This document shows positions 1 to 12,605 of a stretch of DNA of 20,000 nucleotides, piece after piece. The position numbers and the translations under genes are program-made. The notes beneath the pieces were generated by a model. That model saw only the letters and a program-made list of their open reading frames with translations. It searched no databases and had not been told where the DNA came from. Location: the NCBI GenBank assembly GCA_013265495.1, contig MU057640.1, positions 1,922,695 through 1,942,694 on the forward strand, in the 5' to 3' direction. This stretch comes from Vicugna vicugna (taxonomy: Eukaryota). How positions within the stretch are numbered: position 1 is the stretch's first letter; every line of letters begins with the position of its first letter.

Positions 1-1700
1 GAAAAACTACAAAATTATTTGGCAAATTTAATAAAAGCTATGCAAGCCTTTTAATGGAGAAATGATAAATCTTTACTGAAAGACATTAGAGAAGACTAAA
101 TGGAGAGATTCAATACTGTAAAGATATTAATTATCAGCAGAGGAATCTACATATCCAACGTAATTCCAATAAAAACTCTTAAGTTCTTACAGACTTTGCT
201 CAGCAGACTCTAAAGTTTATACCATAGAGCAAAGAGCCAAGAATAGCAAAGTCACTCCTGAAAAAGAACAAGACACAGGTTTGCCCCACCAGAGAGCAAA
301 AGTCATGCTATAAAACTACAGTAATGAGGACAGTGTGATAACAGTGCAGGCACAAACAACTAGATCAACAATACAGGAGAGCGCCCAGAAACATACCCAC
401 CAGATACGAAAACTTATGCATACTGCAGCTCACCAAGGAAAAGACAGTCTGTTCAACAAATACTGATTAAACTGGTTATTCATAAAGTAAAAAACAAGAA
501 AACAAGCCTTGAATCCCTACCTGGTAACAGACCAAAATAATTTCCAGTAAAATAGAAATGTACAACAGAAAAACATACAATTTTTACAAAGACAACACAG
601 GAAAATGTCCTCCTAATCTCTGTGTAGGAAATAATTTCTTAAACAAGATACAAAAATGTTAATTAACCCCAAAATGATAAATTGCACATTAAATTTAAGA
701 ATGTATGATAATCCTCAGGAACCTTAAGAAAAGTAAAATGACAAGCTACAAACTGGGAAAAGATGTCTGTAATGCATATAACCAATAAAAGAACAGTATA
801 ATAAATACATTTTTTAAAACTCCTTCTTCTTAATAAGAAAAAGAGAACTCCAAAGAAAAGTGAAAGAAGACATGAATGGGCACCAGAAAGAACAGAAAAC
901 TTAAATGGACCATACATGTGACAGAGGATGTTCAACTTATTAGTTATGAGAAATGTTAACTAAAGCTCAAAATGAGACACACCTAACACTCACCTGTTAA
1001 AATGGTAAATTGTTAAAGCTAACCAATATCAAATATTGATGAGGATGTGAAACAATAAGGACTTTTGCACACTAATGGTTAGAGTATAAATTGGTACAAT
1101 CATTTAGGCAAAAAGCTTGGAATTACCTAATAAAACTGAACATAAAAATACCCTATGAATCAGCTTACATATACTAGATAGACCAAGAAACATACACAAT
1201 TATGTTATCAGAGAAAAAAAAAAGAATCTGAATGACTATCAATAAAAGAATGGATAAACTGTAATCTGTTCCTACAGTGGTGGATGATACAACACAAACA
1301 TAAATGACAGCTATAAACATCAACATGGTTAAGTCCATAAAATGCAAAATTCTGCACAAAAAAAGCCCTTCACAGAGAAATACTTATGCATGATTTTCTT
1401 TAGGATATTCTAAGGCAGACAAAATTAAATAATCTATGTTTAGGAATATATACAAAGACTGTATAAAGAAAAGCAAGGAAATTATTACCAAAAAATTCAG
1501 TATAATGGTCACTCCTGCAGGAAAAAGAGTAGAATGAAATGGGAAAGGAGTACATGAAGACTCGTATGATAAGTGTATAATGTCCTATTACTTAAGCTGT
1601 GTGGTGGGCAACTAAGTATTCACTTGATTATTATTCTCTAAACTATACATATAATTGATACACTGTTTGGAAATATATTTCCCAGTAAAATTTTTTGAAA
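1..1700 (+). mobile_element. Old LINE-1 (L1M, probably L1ME-like): 3' part of ORF2 plus 3' UTR, degenerate
   Basis: A-rich plus strand with decayed L1 motifs: gccaagaatagcaaagtcactcctgaaaaagaacaa, gcccagaaacatacccac, ctacaaactgggaaaagat, gtataaattggtacaatcatttagg, aaagaatggataaactgt. An L1M-type 3' end lies near 1590-1700. No intact ORF. Confidence 0.85.
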
Positions 1701-1774
1701 ACTAAAAGAAAAATAGACAAATTCAGTAACAGAAGCAATTAAAAATATATACAATTATCCAGAAATAATAAGAG

Positions 1775-2025
1775 TTAACAATTACTGAGCGGTTACCATG
1801 TACTAGAAATGGTTCTAAAAATTAAAAAAAAAACAAGAAAAAACCAGAAATGGTTCTAAGTACCTTACATATATGGCCTCATTTATTCTGTCTAGTAATC
1901 CTATGACACAGCACTATTATTTGTCTCATTCTTCAGATGAGGAAACCAAGGCATAAAAAGCTTAAGTAACTCCCCCAAGGTCATACTATCAGGAAGTGAT
2001 TCAAGCCCCTGCAGATTAAGTGCAG
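1775..2025 (-). mobile_element. MIR SINE
   Basis: Reverse complement of the MIR core: ctcattcttcagatgaggaaaccaaggcataaaaagcttaagtaactcccccaaggtcatac, preceded by tactgagcggttaccatgtactag. Confidence 0.85.
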
Positions 2026-2239
2026 AATCTACATTCTGTTTGCCTACCCCCCAAATGAGGGTATGTATTTCCTAACAGAAATAGAATAGATTTTAGAACT
2101 GTGAAGAATCCATCAAAAAAAAAAATCTGAAATTTTAGCAGATTAAAAGTTACTTAAAAGACAAGTGAGTAAGTGGATTTATATACACCATGTCTCTAAG
2201 TGACACTTTCTGTTTCAAAGGTTAAGTTCTCGCCAAATG

Positions 2240-3300
2240 CAATACAATTATCATAAAAATTCTATTGAAATTTTCTGGAGGATGAGCACACAAAGGAACA
2301 CCTCTCAAAAAACTAGCATATGCATGAGAATAATACGGAAAGAAAAACAATGAAGAGGGATTCAGATTGCTCCGTATTAAGCCTATTAAAAGCCATAAAA
2401 ATAGTATGTTATAAAACAAAAAGAGAGGTCAATGGGGCAGAAAACAAAGCCCAGAAATGGACATAACACAAGTATGCTACATGAAAAAGCAAGCACTGAA
2501 AATTACTGGGGAAAAAATGCATTATTTAGTCAATGTTGTTGGTACTAACAAATCTAAAAAAAAAATGCATTAGAATGTTTTCAGATTGAATACAATTTAA
2601 GAGGAAAAAACAAAATGAAAAAATACCGAAAGAAGATACAGGTGAATATTTACATAATTTGGGAGAAGAAAAATATCTTACAAAACTTGGTATCAAAGAC
2701 AGAATAAACACTTATAGAATAGAATAGATCAGAAAAAAATTGTGGCATATAAATACATAAGTTAAATGCCACAAAGTGAGGAAAAGTATTTGACACAAAA
2801 GATAGGATTGATATCCTTCATAAATAAGAATCTTTTCCAAATCTATAGCAAAAAACTAACCAACAAGAGAAAAATATACAATTCACAAAATAACAAATAT
2901 AAATGGAACAACACAAGAAAAATACCTCCATTTCACTGGTAATCCAAAAACTGAAAAATTAAATAATGAGATATGTACCCATTTATGGAAATACTAAGTA
3001 CTCAGTGTTACAAAAGTACAAAAAAAGAAGCCCTCAAACTGCTCATCACAGTAATTAAAAGGTAAAAATCATTAGAATTTGGCAAAAGATATTCAAAATT
3101 TTTTAAATGGGTGTAGCTTTCTAGTAATCCTACTTTTGCTAAATCATGATAAAAAATTTACTCATTTAAAATCTAAACATCACAATGATCTAATATTTAA
3201 ATTTAAATTGGAAGATAATCAAAATAACTAAAAATTAGATAGCTAAATTACGGTAATATCCACAAAACAGAATACTGTTATCATTAAAAATATTATCACT
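2240..3300 (+). mobile_element. Highly decayed old LINE-1 (L1M) fragments
   Basis: A-rich with residual ORF2 and 3' motifs (aaacaaagcccagaaatggac, gattgatatccttcataaataagaa, catttcactggtaatccaaaaa, atatccacaaaacagaatact). Boundaries approximate. Confidence 0.6.
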
Positions 3301-3309
3301 GAAAAAATG

Positions 3310-3560
3310 TTTCACTAGTTCAAAATATTTCCTGACTACCTATCAGTGCCAGACACTGTTTTAGAACCTGGGAATATAATAGTTTGTAAGAAAAACAAGG
3401 CCCTGACTTCAAGAAGCTTATAAATGCAAACAAATGATTAAGTAAGATAATTTCAGGTAGTGATTAACGCTATTAACAAAATTACTACAAGGGTAAAAAA
3501 TCTGATCAATAAACAGGGTAATCATGTTAGGGATGGAGAAAAATGTAACTGAAAAGGGAT
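3310..3560 (-). mobile_element. LINE-2 3' end fragment
   Basis: ttcaaaatatttcctgactacctatcagtgccagacactgttttagaacctgggaatata...aacaaggccctgacttcaagaagctta resembles the reverse complement of the L2 3' terminus. Confidence 0.7.
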
Positions 3561-3682
3561 AAATAAAGCCTTTGAGTCCCTGGAGAATACATAGGAACAT
3601 TACCTTTCTTAACAGACAAGTGCCCACTTTCAGTGACATTATTTATATCTGGACACCTGAAATATCTCACAGCATTCTTAAT

Positions 3683-3850
3683 GGGAACATGGCACCGTGG
3701 TTAAAAGCACAGACTCCAGAGCCTGACTGGCTGGATTATTCGATCTTCTCACCTTACTGTCACACCTGTAAATCAGGGATAATAACAGCATCCATCTCAG
3801 AGAATTGCTCTGAGGACTGAATAGGCTAAAGAGAGCTCACACAGTTAACT
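3683..3850 (+). mobile_element. MIR SINE, internally deleted
   Basis: catggcaccgtggttaaaagcacagactccagagcctgactggctgg matches the MIR 5' part. It is followed by cacctgtaaatcagggataataacagcatccatctcagagaattgctctgaggactgaa from the core and 3' part. Confidence 0.8.
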
Positions 3851-3969
3851 GTTTAAGAGCTGTTAGTGGTACCTATGACTTCTATAACATCACAATAACC
3901 TTTTGACTATAATATGGTAATTCCCTCTGTCAGAAAGAGAAAGTGGGACAGATTGTGACTGAGAGCAGC

Positions 3970-4120
3970 AGGGGGAATATTTTAGCTGAGACAGGAAAAG
4001 AAAGCCTCCAGGAGTGGGGTGTCATCTACAGAGCTGAACCCTAAGAAGTCAGTTATGTTAAGATCCAGGGAAGGAACGGCTAAGTTTCTAAGGTGAGAAC
4101 ACAAAATTGAAAAAACTTCA
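3970..4120 (-). mobile_element. LINE-2 fragment, likely continuation of the 3310-3560 element
   Basis: aagaaagcctccaggagtggggtgtcatctacagagctgaaccctaaga...aagatccagggaaggaac resembles antisense L2. Confidence 0.55.
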
Positions 4121-4555
4121 CAATAGATTAAGTGAAAAACGTAGATTATAAATGTCAAGTAAAATATTACCACAATTTACTTAAGATCTATACATTTTAT
4201 TTATATGTATAAATAAAAACTAAATGCTTAGATTTATAAGCCATATTTTACTCTTTCTTTAAGCTGATTTTCATTGGTTTTGGTCTTCAGTGTGAATAAC
4301 TATTATGCTATTAAGACTATTACTGTTCTGTCATGTTATTTATTAATAAGGCCAAAGATACTGATTCATCCCCAGATAGCCAGTTAGCTTTGCTGTGATC
4401 TAACGTGACAATTGTACCTGTCACTGTATCAGTAGTATTAAGACTTACCACTGCCTTAAAACTGCATGAACAGAACAGGCGTGGCACAATAATCACATCA
4501 CTGTACACCCGCATCACTGTACGTTGTTACAGACCCAGTGACATAGGTTTCCTTA

Positions 4556-4810
<255 letters not shown>

Positions 4811-4903
4811 TCAACTAGAGAAACTTGTAACCAAAATAATAAATAAACATTCTCACACAAAGCAACAATTGTATTCCTAGCACCAAGTTGTAAAAGTACA
4901 AGA

Positions 4904-5216
4904 CAGCACTACCGCATACAGTAGCCAGCAGCTACGTGTGGCTGTTGAGTGATTGAAATGTGGTTAGTCTAAATAGAGATGTGCAATAAGAATAAAATAA
5001 CACTGGATTCTGAAGACTCAGTATGAAAAATAGAATGCAAAATATCTCAATTTTTATACTGATTACATGTTGAAATATATTTAGATTATACTGGATTAAA
5101 TAAAATATAGTATTAAACTAATTTCACCTGTTTCTTTTAACTTATTTTTAAGGTGGCTACCAGAAAATTTTAAATTACGTATGTGGCTTGCATTACATTT
5201 CCATTGGACAGCACTG
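4904..5216 (-). mobile_element. MER33 non-autonomous hAT-Charlie DNA transposon, essentially full length
   Basis: Starts cagcactaccgcatacagtagccagcagctacgtgtggct and ends gtggcttgcattacatttccattggacagcactg, with terminal inverted repeats cagcact/agcactg. Degenerate 8-bp flanks are gtacaaga (4896-4903) and gtataaat (5217-5224). Confidence 0.88.
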
Positions 5217-6554
5217 GTATAAATAAAGTCCAAGCCTTCAGAAAGCTTATAATACATATAGAAAGTTAAGATATCCCATTACACAATACATGAGTCAGAC
5301 AGGGTTGTGATGCAAATACATTTAATCCCTGTTTATGCGTTCTCTGTAACCTTTTTGAGAACATAAACATTCTTAATGTTCTAGAAAATCCTAAGTTTAA
5401 AAACGGTCATGAGAATAACCTTAGAACTGTGACTAAAACCAGATAAGACATGGTAGACATGAAAAATCCAAATATGCTTTATTTTAAAATACTTAAATGC
5501 TCAATATACTTAAAAACTGTAATCTGCCAAATAAAAGAATACATAATAGAATGAAGCACTAAACAGATTAATTAAAATAAGTCAGAAACATCCTGGGCAT
5601 GGGGACTGCAGATCCATCACACCTAAGGATTCCATAATGTGGACTTGAATCTGGAGGTGCCAGGCTTGGAGACCACTCCACTTGGAAGGCATGGTCTCAG
5701 AGTCTGTGTTAGCAGAGACCACCAGGCTCCATTTATGCCCCTTTTCATGAGAAAAAAATCATTTTCCGTATAGGTCTAGATCCCACATATTTTCATAAGA
5801 TTCCACCTCAGTCATCTGAGAACATGGCTCTCAATTTACTTGGAAAGGTTATGCTCAAATTGCTTGAGAAGGTAAAGGGAAAAGGTTCTGATGAAACAGA
5901 CTGGTTTAGAATACAGATATGATAAAAGTTTAAAAAATAAGAAAGTTACTGGGGAAAGACAGAGTGTGGGTTGGAATTAGGAGGGGGGAAAATGTAAAAG
6001 GCCACAGTTTAATACTTTTGGGTTGAGTGTGGGCATAATAGGTAAATATTTGTTATTTTTAAATACTTAGGTTAAAAGCTCTTCATATTGGTGTATCTAA
6101 AAAATTAAACCGGTGAATACAATTTAAAATGTCACTGAAAATCAGATTTAGGCTCATAAAATGTATTGAAAATTTTACAAAATCCCTAAGTATCAGGTTT
6201 AGAAGAGGTAAGTACTTCAAAAGATCTGTTAGATAATTTAAGCACTTAAAATGAATACAAATTTATGAATGCAATTTAAATTCAAGGGATCTTAAGCTAT
6301 TTTTAAAAAAACCAAACCTCTTAAAAAATGATTGTTAAAATCTGTTCAACTTGTAAAGAGCTGAGTTTAAAACTCTAGGTTAATTTACAGCTTTAATAAA
6401 TCTAAATTCATTGTAAAAAAAAAAAAACCAGTTTCATGAGTAACCTTTTCTGAGCAGAAACATACAAATTTACACAATAAATTTCAAAGTAAACATGCAC
6501 ATAAATACATATGCATAATTCTGCTTTGAGTATTTACAGAAGTTCTGCATGATA

Positions 6555-6665
6555 CTGATTTCCATATGATGTTCACCTAAGAACTGAAATTCTTGGAAAT
6601 CATTTAGTTCAACACCCTCATTTCCAGACCTACTAGCTTTGAATGACTCAGCCAAGATCACTCAT
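6555..6665 (-). mobile_element. Possible ancient MIR-family fragment
   Basis: cttggaaatcatttagttcaacaccctcatttccaga...tgaatgactcagccaagatcac resembles a decayed antisense MIR/MIR3 core. Confidence 0.4.
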
Positions 6666-7294
6666 TTTAACACCTTCATGACAAAATTAAGCAAGGCTTT
6701 TACACCTGTCACTGCAACTTTTTCACAATATACACAATACCAAGTCCATTTTCAAATGTAAAGTACCAAAGAAAAATAAGTCAGTTTCATCATTATTCAC
6801 AGTAGTCCATATTAAGATTAAAATGACTGGTTATATTAATTAAGTGGATAGAAAGAGAACAACCTCACCACTATTATTCAGAATGGTTGACAAATTCAAT
6901 GGAAATGTTAATGGCCCCTCCAAATGGGAAAAGATAAAAGACTAGTTAATACAAAATGGTCTATCATACCTGCCTCTACAAAAAGAGTCAAAGATTATGA
7001 ATGCTTAAAACAGGTCTAAATAAACTCTTCCCCTGCTATTACAACTCCTAAGAGTAGCAGATAACAGTGCCAAGAAACACACTAAAATGTGCAAGATCTA
7101 TATAGTAAGTACAGAATTTCTTTTTTTAAGACAATGAACATTGAAAAGACTGAAAACAAAAATTTAACCGACCACTTCAGTGGAAATCAGCGTAAGCCAG
7201 ATGATTAACCTTACACTGTGCAGTTTCACTGCTTAAACCCTGTCAGCGGTACTTTTTGAGGTTTCTAGGTGACAGTGGACAGCTGTGCTAGAAC

Positions 7295-7308
7295 AGTTTC
7301 ACTTTCCC
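7295..7308. promoter_or_regulatory. Candidate ISRE / IRF-binding site
   Basis: AGTTTCACTTTCCC is an exact match to the ISRE consensus AGTTTCNNTTTCNY and lies in apparently non-repetitive sequence. Motif only; function untested. Confidence 0.4.
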
Positions 7309-7806
7309 CAAGGAGATGAAAGTGCACACACACTGGGCTGTTGTCTGACTTCGTTTAAGCTTGTTCTTTACTTGATTACTTCACTAGACTCTCAGCTGAA
7401 ACCAGCGCAGATCACCATACTAGCATCAAACCATAAATGGATCATAAACCCTCCCTATAACTATGCTTAACTTACATTACAGGAAAAATTTAAATGGTGT
7501 CTGCCTTTACATGGTTTCAGTGGTCCCCTAAAATCAAACACCAAAAAACTAGAAACTACTTACATCAACTATTCCTCAGTTTTATGGATAATATTCCAAA
7601 AGGGCAACCAAGCAATATTTAGTACTCATTTATATATTTTATTAAATTAGATTTATCAATACTGTGTTTTCAAAGAAAGATTTTCAAAGACACTGAGAAT
7701 TCTATTTATCAGCAAGCAGTACCTCATGGGAAAGCAGGTCCTTTTTCTGAAGAAAAAACCTTGAGTAAGAAAAAATTGCTTATGTTTCTGTTAAAAATAC
7801 AACTGT

Positions 7807-7880
7807 TGCTTGCTTAGCATGCACAAGGTCCTGGGTTCAATCCCCAGTACCTCCTCTAAAAATAAACAAACAAACAAAAC
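7807..7880 (+). mobile_element. Camelid tRNA-derived SINE, 5' truncated
   Basis: tgcttagcatgcacaaggtcctgggttcaatccccagtacctcc contains a B-box (GGTTCAATCCC) and is followed by an (A)n/(AAAC)n tail. No A-box. Possible decayed target-site duplication (TSD) aaaatacaactgt / aaaacccaattct. Confidence 0.85.
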
Positions 7881-8769
7881 CCAATTCTAAAGTAAGTATC
7901 TATTTTGAAAATTTTTCGCACATACTTATTGACTTAAGGTTAACTATGTTCCATAACAAACAATACCTTGGAAAGTAGTAGTATTTCCAAAGGACATGTT
8001 TCATCTTCTTAGGTTAATAGTATTTTATTGTAGTTGTCATCTTTACATTAGTGATGATGTAACCAAAACATTAACTGCCCTCTGATTTAAATAAAAGCCT
8101 CATCTATGTTACCTTCATGTAAAAGTCTATGGCTACAAATTGCTTATGTAGAAAAGCTGGTTTTACGTTTTTCCTAGGATACCACAGTGGGCAGTGGAGA
8201 GTGAAGCTGGTGTAGCAGGTGGTGTAATACGGATGGACAAACAAGATCGTTATTAAGTAACTAAAAAGGTCATAGCACCGCAAGCTCAAGATAAAGGCCT
8301 GCAGTGCCTTCTTATGCACCTTAAACATCTATATATCTTAAACACCTAATGTATCAAAACGTTATAACATCAAAACAGACAATCTGGGTGTTTTCCAATT
8401 CTATTATGCTACAATTAACTTCATGATTTTTGAGATTTGCTTATTATGTAGTTACACTCAGGTATTCCAACCAGTTCAGTCAAATCAGTGGTCTATGCTT
8501 AAAACTTAACAGAATTGACAGATATCACCCACAACTGAGGCCAAGGCTGTGAAAAAAAAGTTTAACAAACCTCTTAAGCCATCATTAATGCAAGACACTC
8601 CTATGCTTGTCTTTTTTCTCCCAACTATTGCAACTACTTTATTATTTCGGGCTTTGTTTACTAAACTCCTGGTATCAGAGGTTTAATGGGCATTCAAGCA
8701 AACACGTGAACTGTGTATTTTAAGTAAAGATTGATCATATTTTAATTTCTTAAACTGACAGATGAATTA

Positions 8770-8922
8770 AAGACTTTCATGTAAAGAACAAAACTTTAAA
8801 ACTTTTAGAAGAAATATCAAAGAATATCTTTATAACCTCAAGATATGGAAGATTTCTTAACCATCATTCTCAAAATATACACTATAAAGGACTGACAAAT
8901 TACAATTCAGAACTTCTGTTTA
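8770..8922 (+). mobile_element. Old L1M ORF2 fragment, left part of the interrupted host element
   Basis: gactttcatgtaaagaacaaaactttaaaacttttagaagaaatatcaaagaatatctttataacctc...gatttcttaa...agaacttctgttta. Confidence 0.75.
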
Positions 8923-9898
8923 AAAACAGAAAGCCCAGAAACAAACACACACTTACAAGCCAATTAATCTTCGACAAAGGAGGCAAGAATATACAATGGA
9001 GAAATAGACAGTCTCTTTAGCAAGTGGTGCTGGGAAAGCTGGACAGCCTCATGTATAGCAATGGAATTAGAACACTGCCTCACACCACATATAAAAATAA
9101 ACTCAAAATGGTTAAAGACCAAAGGTCAAAATATGAGATATGACACCAAAAGACTCCTAGAAGAGAATGCAGGCAAACATTCTCTGATATAAATTGTAGC
9201 AATGCTTTCTTAGGTTGTCTCCCAAGGCAAAAGAAATAAAAGCAAAAATAAACAAATAGGACCTAACCAAACTTAAATGCCTTTGCACAGCAAAAGAAAC
9301 CATCAACAAAACAAAAAGACAACCTACAAAATGGGAGAAAATATTTGCAAATGAGGCAACTGACAAGGGACTAATTTCCAATTTCTTATAAACAGCTCAT
9401 ACAGCTCAATATCAAAAAAACAAACAACTAAACAGACATTTGTCCAAAGAAGACATACAGATGGCCAATAGGTACATGAAAAGATGCTCAATATTGCTAA
9501 TTATTAGAGAAATGTAAATCAAAACCACAGTGAGGTATCACTTCACACCAATCAGAATGGCCATCATCAAAAAATCTACAAATAATAAATGTTGGAGAGA
9601 ATGTGGAGAAAAGGGAACCTTCCTACACTGTTGATGGGAATGTAAATTGATGAAACCACTGTGGAAAACAATACGGAAATTCCTAAAAAAAAAAAAAATA
9701 ACTAAAAACAGAGTTACCATATGATCAAGCAATCCCACTTCTGGACATTTATCTGGAAAAAATGAAAATTCTACTTCAAAAAGATATATGTACACCAATG
9801 TTCATAGCAGCACTATTTATAATAGCTAAAAGACCTGGAAGCAACCTAGGTGTCCATCAACAGATGACTGGATAAAGATGTGGGGTGTACACACGTAT

Positions 9899-9930
<32 letters not shown>

Positions 9931-10375
9931 AGGAATACTACTCAGCCATAAAAAATGAAACACTGCCCTTTATAGCAACATGGATGACCTCAGAGAACAT
10001 TAACTAAGAGAAGGAAGTCAGTCAAACGTTATATGATATCACTTATACGTGAAATCTAAAAAAAAAAATAAATGAATATATCTACAACACAGAAACAGAC
10101 TCACTAACACAGAAAAGAAACACGGTTACCAAAAGGGAAGGGCTAGGGATAGGGTAAAATCAGAGGAGTATGGGACTTACAGATACACACTACTATATAT
10201 TAAATAGATTAACAACAAGGATTTACTCTATAACACAGAGAACAATATTCAGTATTTTGTAATAAACTACAATGGAAAATAATCTGAAATATATATACAT
10301 GTAACTGAACCACTCTGCTGTATACCTGAAACTAACACAATGTTGTAAATCAAGTATACCTAAATTTTTAAAAAG
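8923..10375 (+). mobile_element. 5'-truncated cetartiodactyl-type LINE-1 (L1_Art-like): end of ORF2 plus complete 3' UTR
   Basis: Well-preserved ORF2 3' motifs (caattaatcttcgacaaaggaggcaagaatatacaatgg; cacttcacaccaatcagaatggccatcatc; ccaatgttcatagcagcactattt). Artiodactyl-type 3' UTR (aacaacaaggatttactctataacacag...ctgctgtatacctgaaactaacacaatgttgtaaatcaa). Flanked by decayed TSD agaacttctgttta / agaacacctattta. Confidence 0.92.
9899..9924. repeat. (AC)13 microsatellite within L1
   Basis: Uninterrupted acacac run with imperfect AC units on both sides. Confidence 0.95.
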
Positions 10376-10389
10376 AGAACACCTATTTA

Positions 10390-10990
10390 TTGAGAGAAAC
10401 TATAAACTGAGTGAAAAGGCAAGCCACAGACTAGAAAATTAATTAAAACATGTATCACTGTATATATGTATGTGTATGTATATAATACACATATTATATA
10501 AAGAATGCCTCCAAAATCAATAAAAAAAAGGGCAAACAAACCAATGAAAATAAAGGACTACTAGATAGACCTTACATATAAAAAGAAGTATGAATAGCCA
10601 ATAAAAATAACATATGAAAACATGTTCAGCTTCATCAGTAATGAGCAAAATGCAATTTGAAACCTCAACAAGCTATTACTTAACATCCATCTTAAGGGAC
10701 GAAAATTAAGAAATCACACAAAATTAAGTACAGAGAATCAGAATTCTTATAAACTGCTACTAGAAATTGATAGATACATCACCCAAGATCCAGCAACTTT
10801 TCTCATATGCATAAAATTGAGAGAAACTCTTGCACTTGGAAGCACAAGATTTTTACCAAAACATAGGGAGAAAATTCAATTGAAAATCAACAGGAAAGTG
10901 GTAAACTGCAGACTAGTTACCAATGGAATGTAACTATGAAAACTACAGCTACATGCACAACATGAACTGCACAAATACAGTATGTATTAT
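10390..10990 (+). mobile_element. Old L1M continuation, right part of the interrupted host element
   Basis: gagtgaaaaggcaagccacagactagaaaa, gccaataaaaataacatatgaaaacatgttcagcttcatcagtaat and ctacagctacatgcacaacatgaa continue colinearly from the 8770-8922 fragment. Confidence 0.75.
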
Positions 10991-11404
10991 ACTCCAAGTG
11001 TAAACTTACGCTTTACTGTATTTTGATTTTTTGTAATAAGCATGTATTTTTTCACAATTAGAAAAAAGAGCTAAAATTTTAATAGTGATAAAAATTTTCA
11101 TATTAGAAAAAGCATATTAGCTTTCATCTTTTACAAAGACTAGACCTATATTCTTCACAATAATGGAATACTTATCAGTAGGTCAAGTTCCACAACAAAG
11201 CATTTCTCACCCTAATCCTTATTTGTAAGTTTTTTTTTTAATCTTAACTCTCAATTATATATCCCTGGGAATGAGAGGAAGTGTTAATGTCTGTCAGAGA
11301 GCTCTAGATATTCAGATCAAATACAGACTGACTGTAGTAAGCCTCCTTACTGAGAATGTGTTAGATACTTTTAATAAGATCATCCCTCTTGAAAGCTGGA
11401 TGGA

Positions 11405-11964
11405 TAGAAATGCAAATGAAAAGTACAGTGAAATATCACCACGCACCATTACAATGGCTATCATCAATTAAAACAAAAGGGAAAAACCAGAAAACAACAA
11501 GTGTTGGCAAGCGCGTGAAGAAACGAAACTTTGTACGCTGCTGGTGGGACTGTAAAATGGTACAGCTTCTATGAAAACAGTATGGCAGTTCCTCAAAACA
11601 ATTAAAACGAGAATTGCCATATGACTAGAAATCCTGCTTCTGGATATTTGTCCAAAAGAATTAGAAGCAGGCACCTGAGTAGACATTTGCACACTCACAT
11701 ATAAAGCAGCATTATACCCAATAGCCAAGACGTAGAAGCACAGCAAACGTCAAAGAATGGATGACTAGATAAACAAGATGTGGTCTACGTGTATAATGGG
11801 TTATTCAGCGTGAGGAAGGAAGAAAGTCCTGTCACATGCTACAACTGGATGAACCTTGAGGACACTGTGCTAAGTGAAGTAAGCCAGTCACAAAAAAGAC
11901 AAAACACTGGATGATTCCACTTTTATGAGCTATCTAAAACAGTCAAATTCATAGAAATAGAAAG
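11405..11964 (+). mobile_element. LINE-1 fragment (L1MA/L1MB-like): end of ORF2 and start of 3' UTR
   Basis: gaaatgcaaatgaaaagtacagtgaaatatcac, acaagtgttggcaag, gctggtgggactgtaaaatggtacagc, ggatgaaccttgaggacactgtgctaagtgaagtaagccagtcacaaaa, agtcaaattcatagaaatagaaag. Confidence 0.9.
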
Positions 11965-12556
11965 CTGTTAAGAAAAAACTGAGTAAGAGTTTTGTTTCCA
12001 AGGTCAAAACACTAAATTCATTCAAATTATTCTTTTTAAGTCCATGCTTCTCTCCTTTTGTGGTTTGGGATCTTTGAATGCTGCCAACTACTAAGGTACT
12101 TCTACTGAGCTACAACATAAATAATTACTGACATATTTAGAGAAAAAATTAAACTTAAATCTTCCTTAGCTTTAAAGTTCTATCTGCTTTGTCAATCTGT
12201 AGCAGAAAAGGGAGTAAAAACGAAATGGTAGCAAAAAAGGTCTGTCTGGCAAATGAAAGCAAAATTTAACATAATTGGAAAGCAGTATGCCTTATGCCCT
12301 AGGGATGACATGGGGAACCACAGATACTAATCCTGTCATAAATTACAAATTCTATTCATAAATATTTGGACTAGCTTTTCTTAACAGTTTTTCAGGAAAA
12401 GAAAAACTAAAGTGGTAACAGTAAGGGTGCTGCCTTCCTTCCAGAGTCTACCCCTAAATCCGTCAGTCCTATGGCTATATCTCTGGGTACAAATAGCCAA
12501 TCAGGCCAAGAATTAAGACCTATTTTATGTAAAATATGCTGAGATAGCCAGCTGGC

Positions 12557-12605
12557 CTGGGGTTCTAGCTCTTCTACTGGGGTTCTAGCTTTTCTAGCTC
12601 TTCTA
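12557..12605. repeat. Short tandem duplication: two copies of a 20-bp unit plus a partial copy
   Basis: ctggggttctagctcttcta / ctggggttctagcttttcta / gctcttcta. Confidence 0.85.

Noticed and set aside
4463..4468. RBFOX element TGCATG downstream of exon 2
   Set aside because: It is on the + strand, whereas the pre-mRNA (minus strand) reads CAUGCA.
5930..6080. Possible ancient L1ME 3'-end fragment
   Set aside because: The resemblance is too weak to call without an alignment.
7807..7856. tRNA gene
   Set aside because: Only the anticodon and T-arm half is present, followed by an A-rich tail. It is a truncated SINE.
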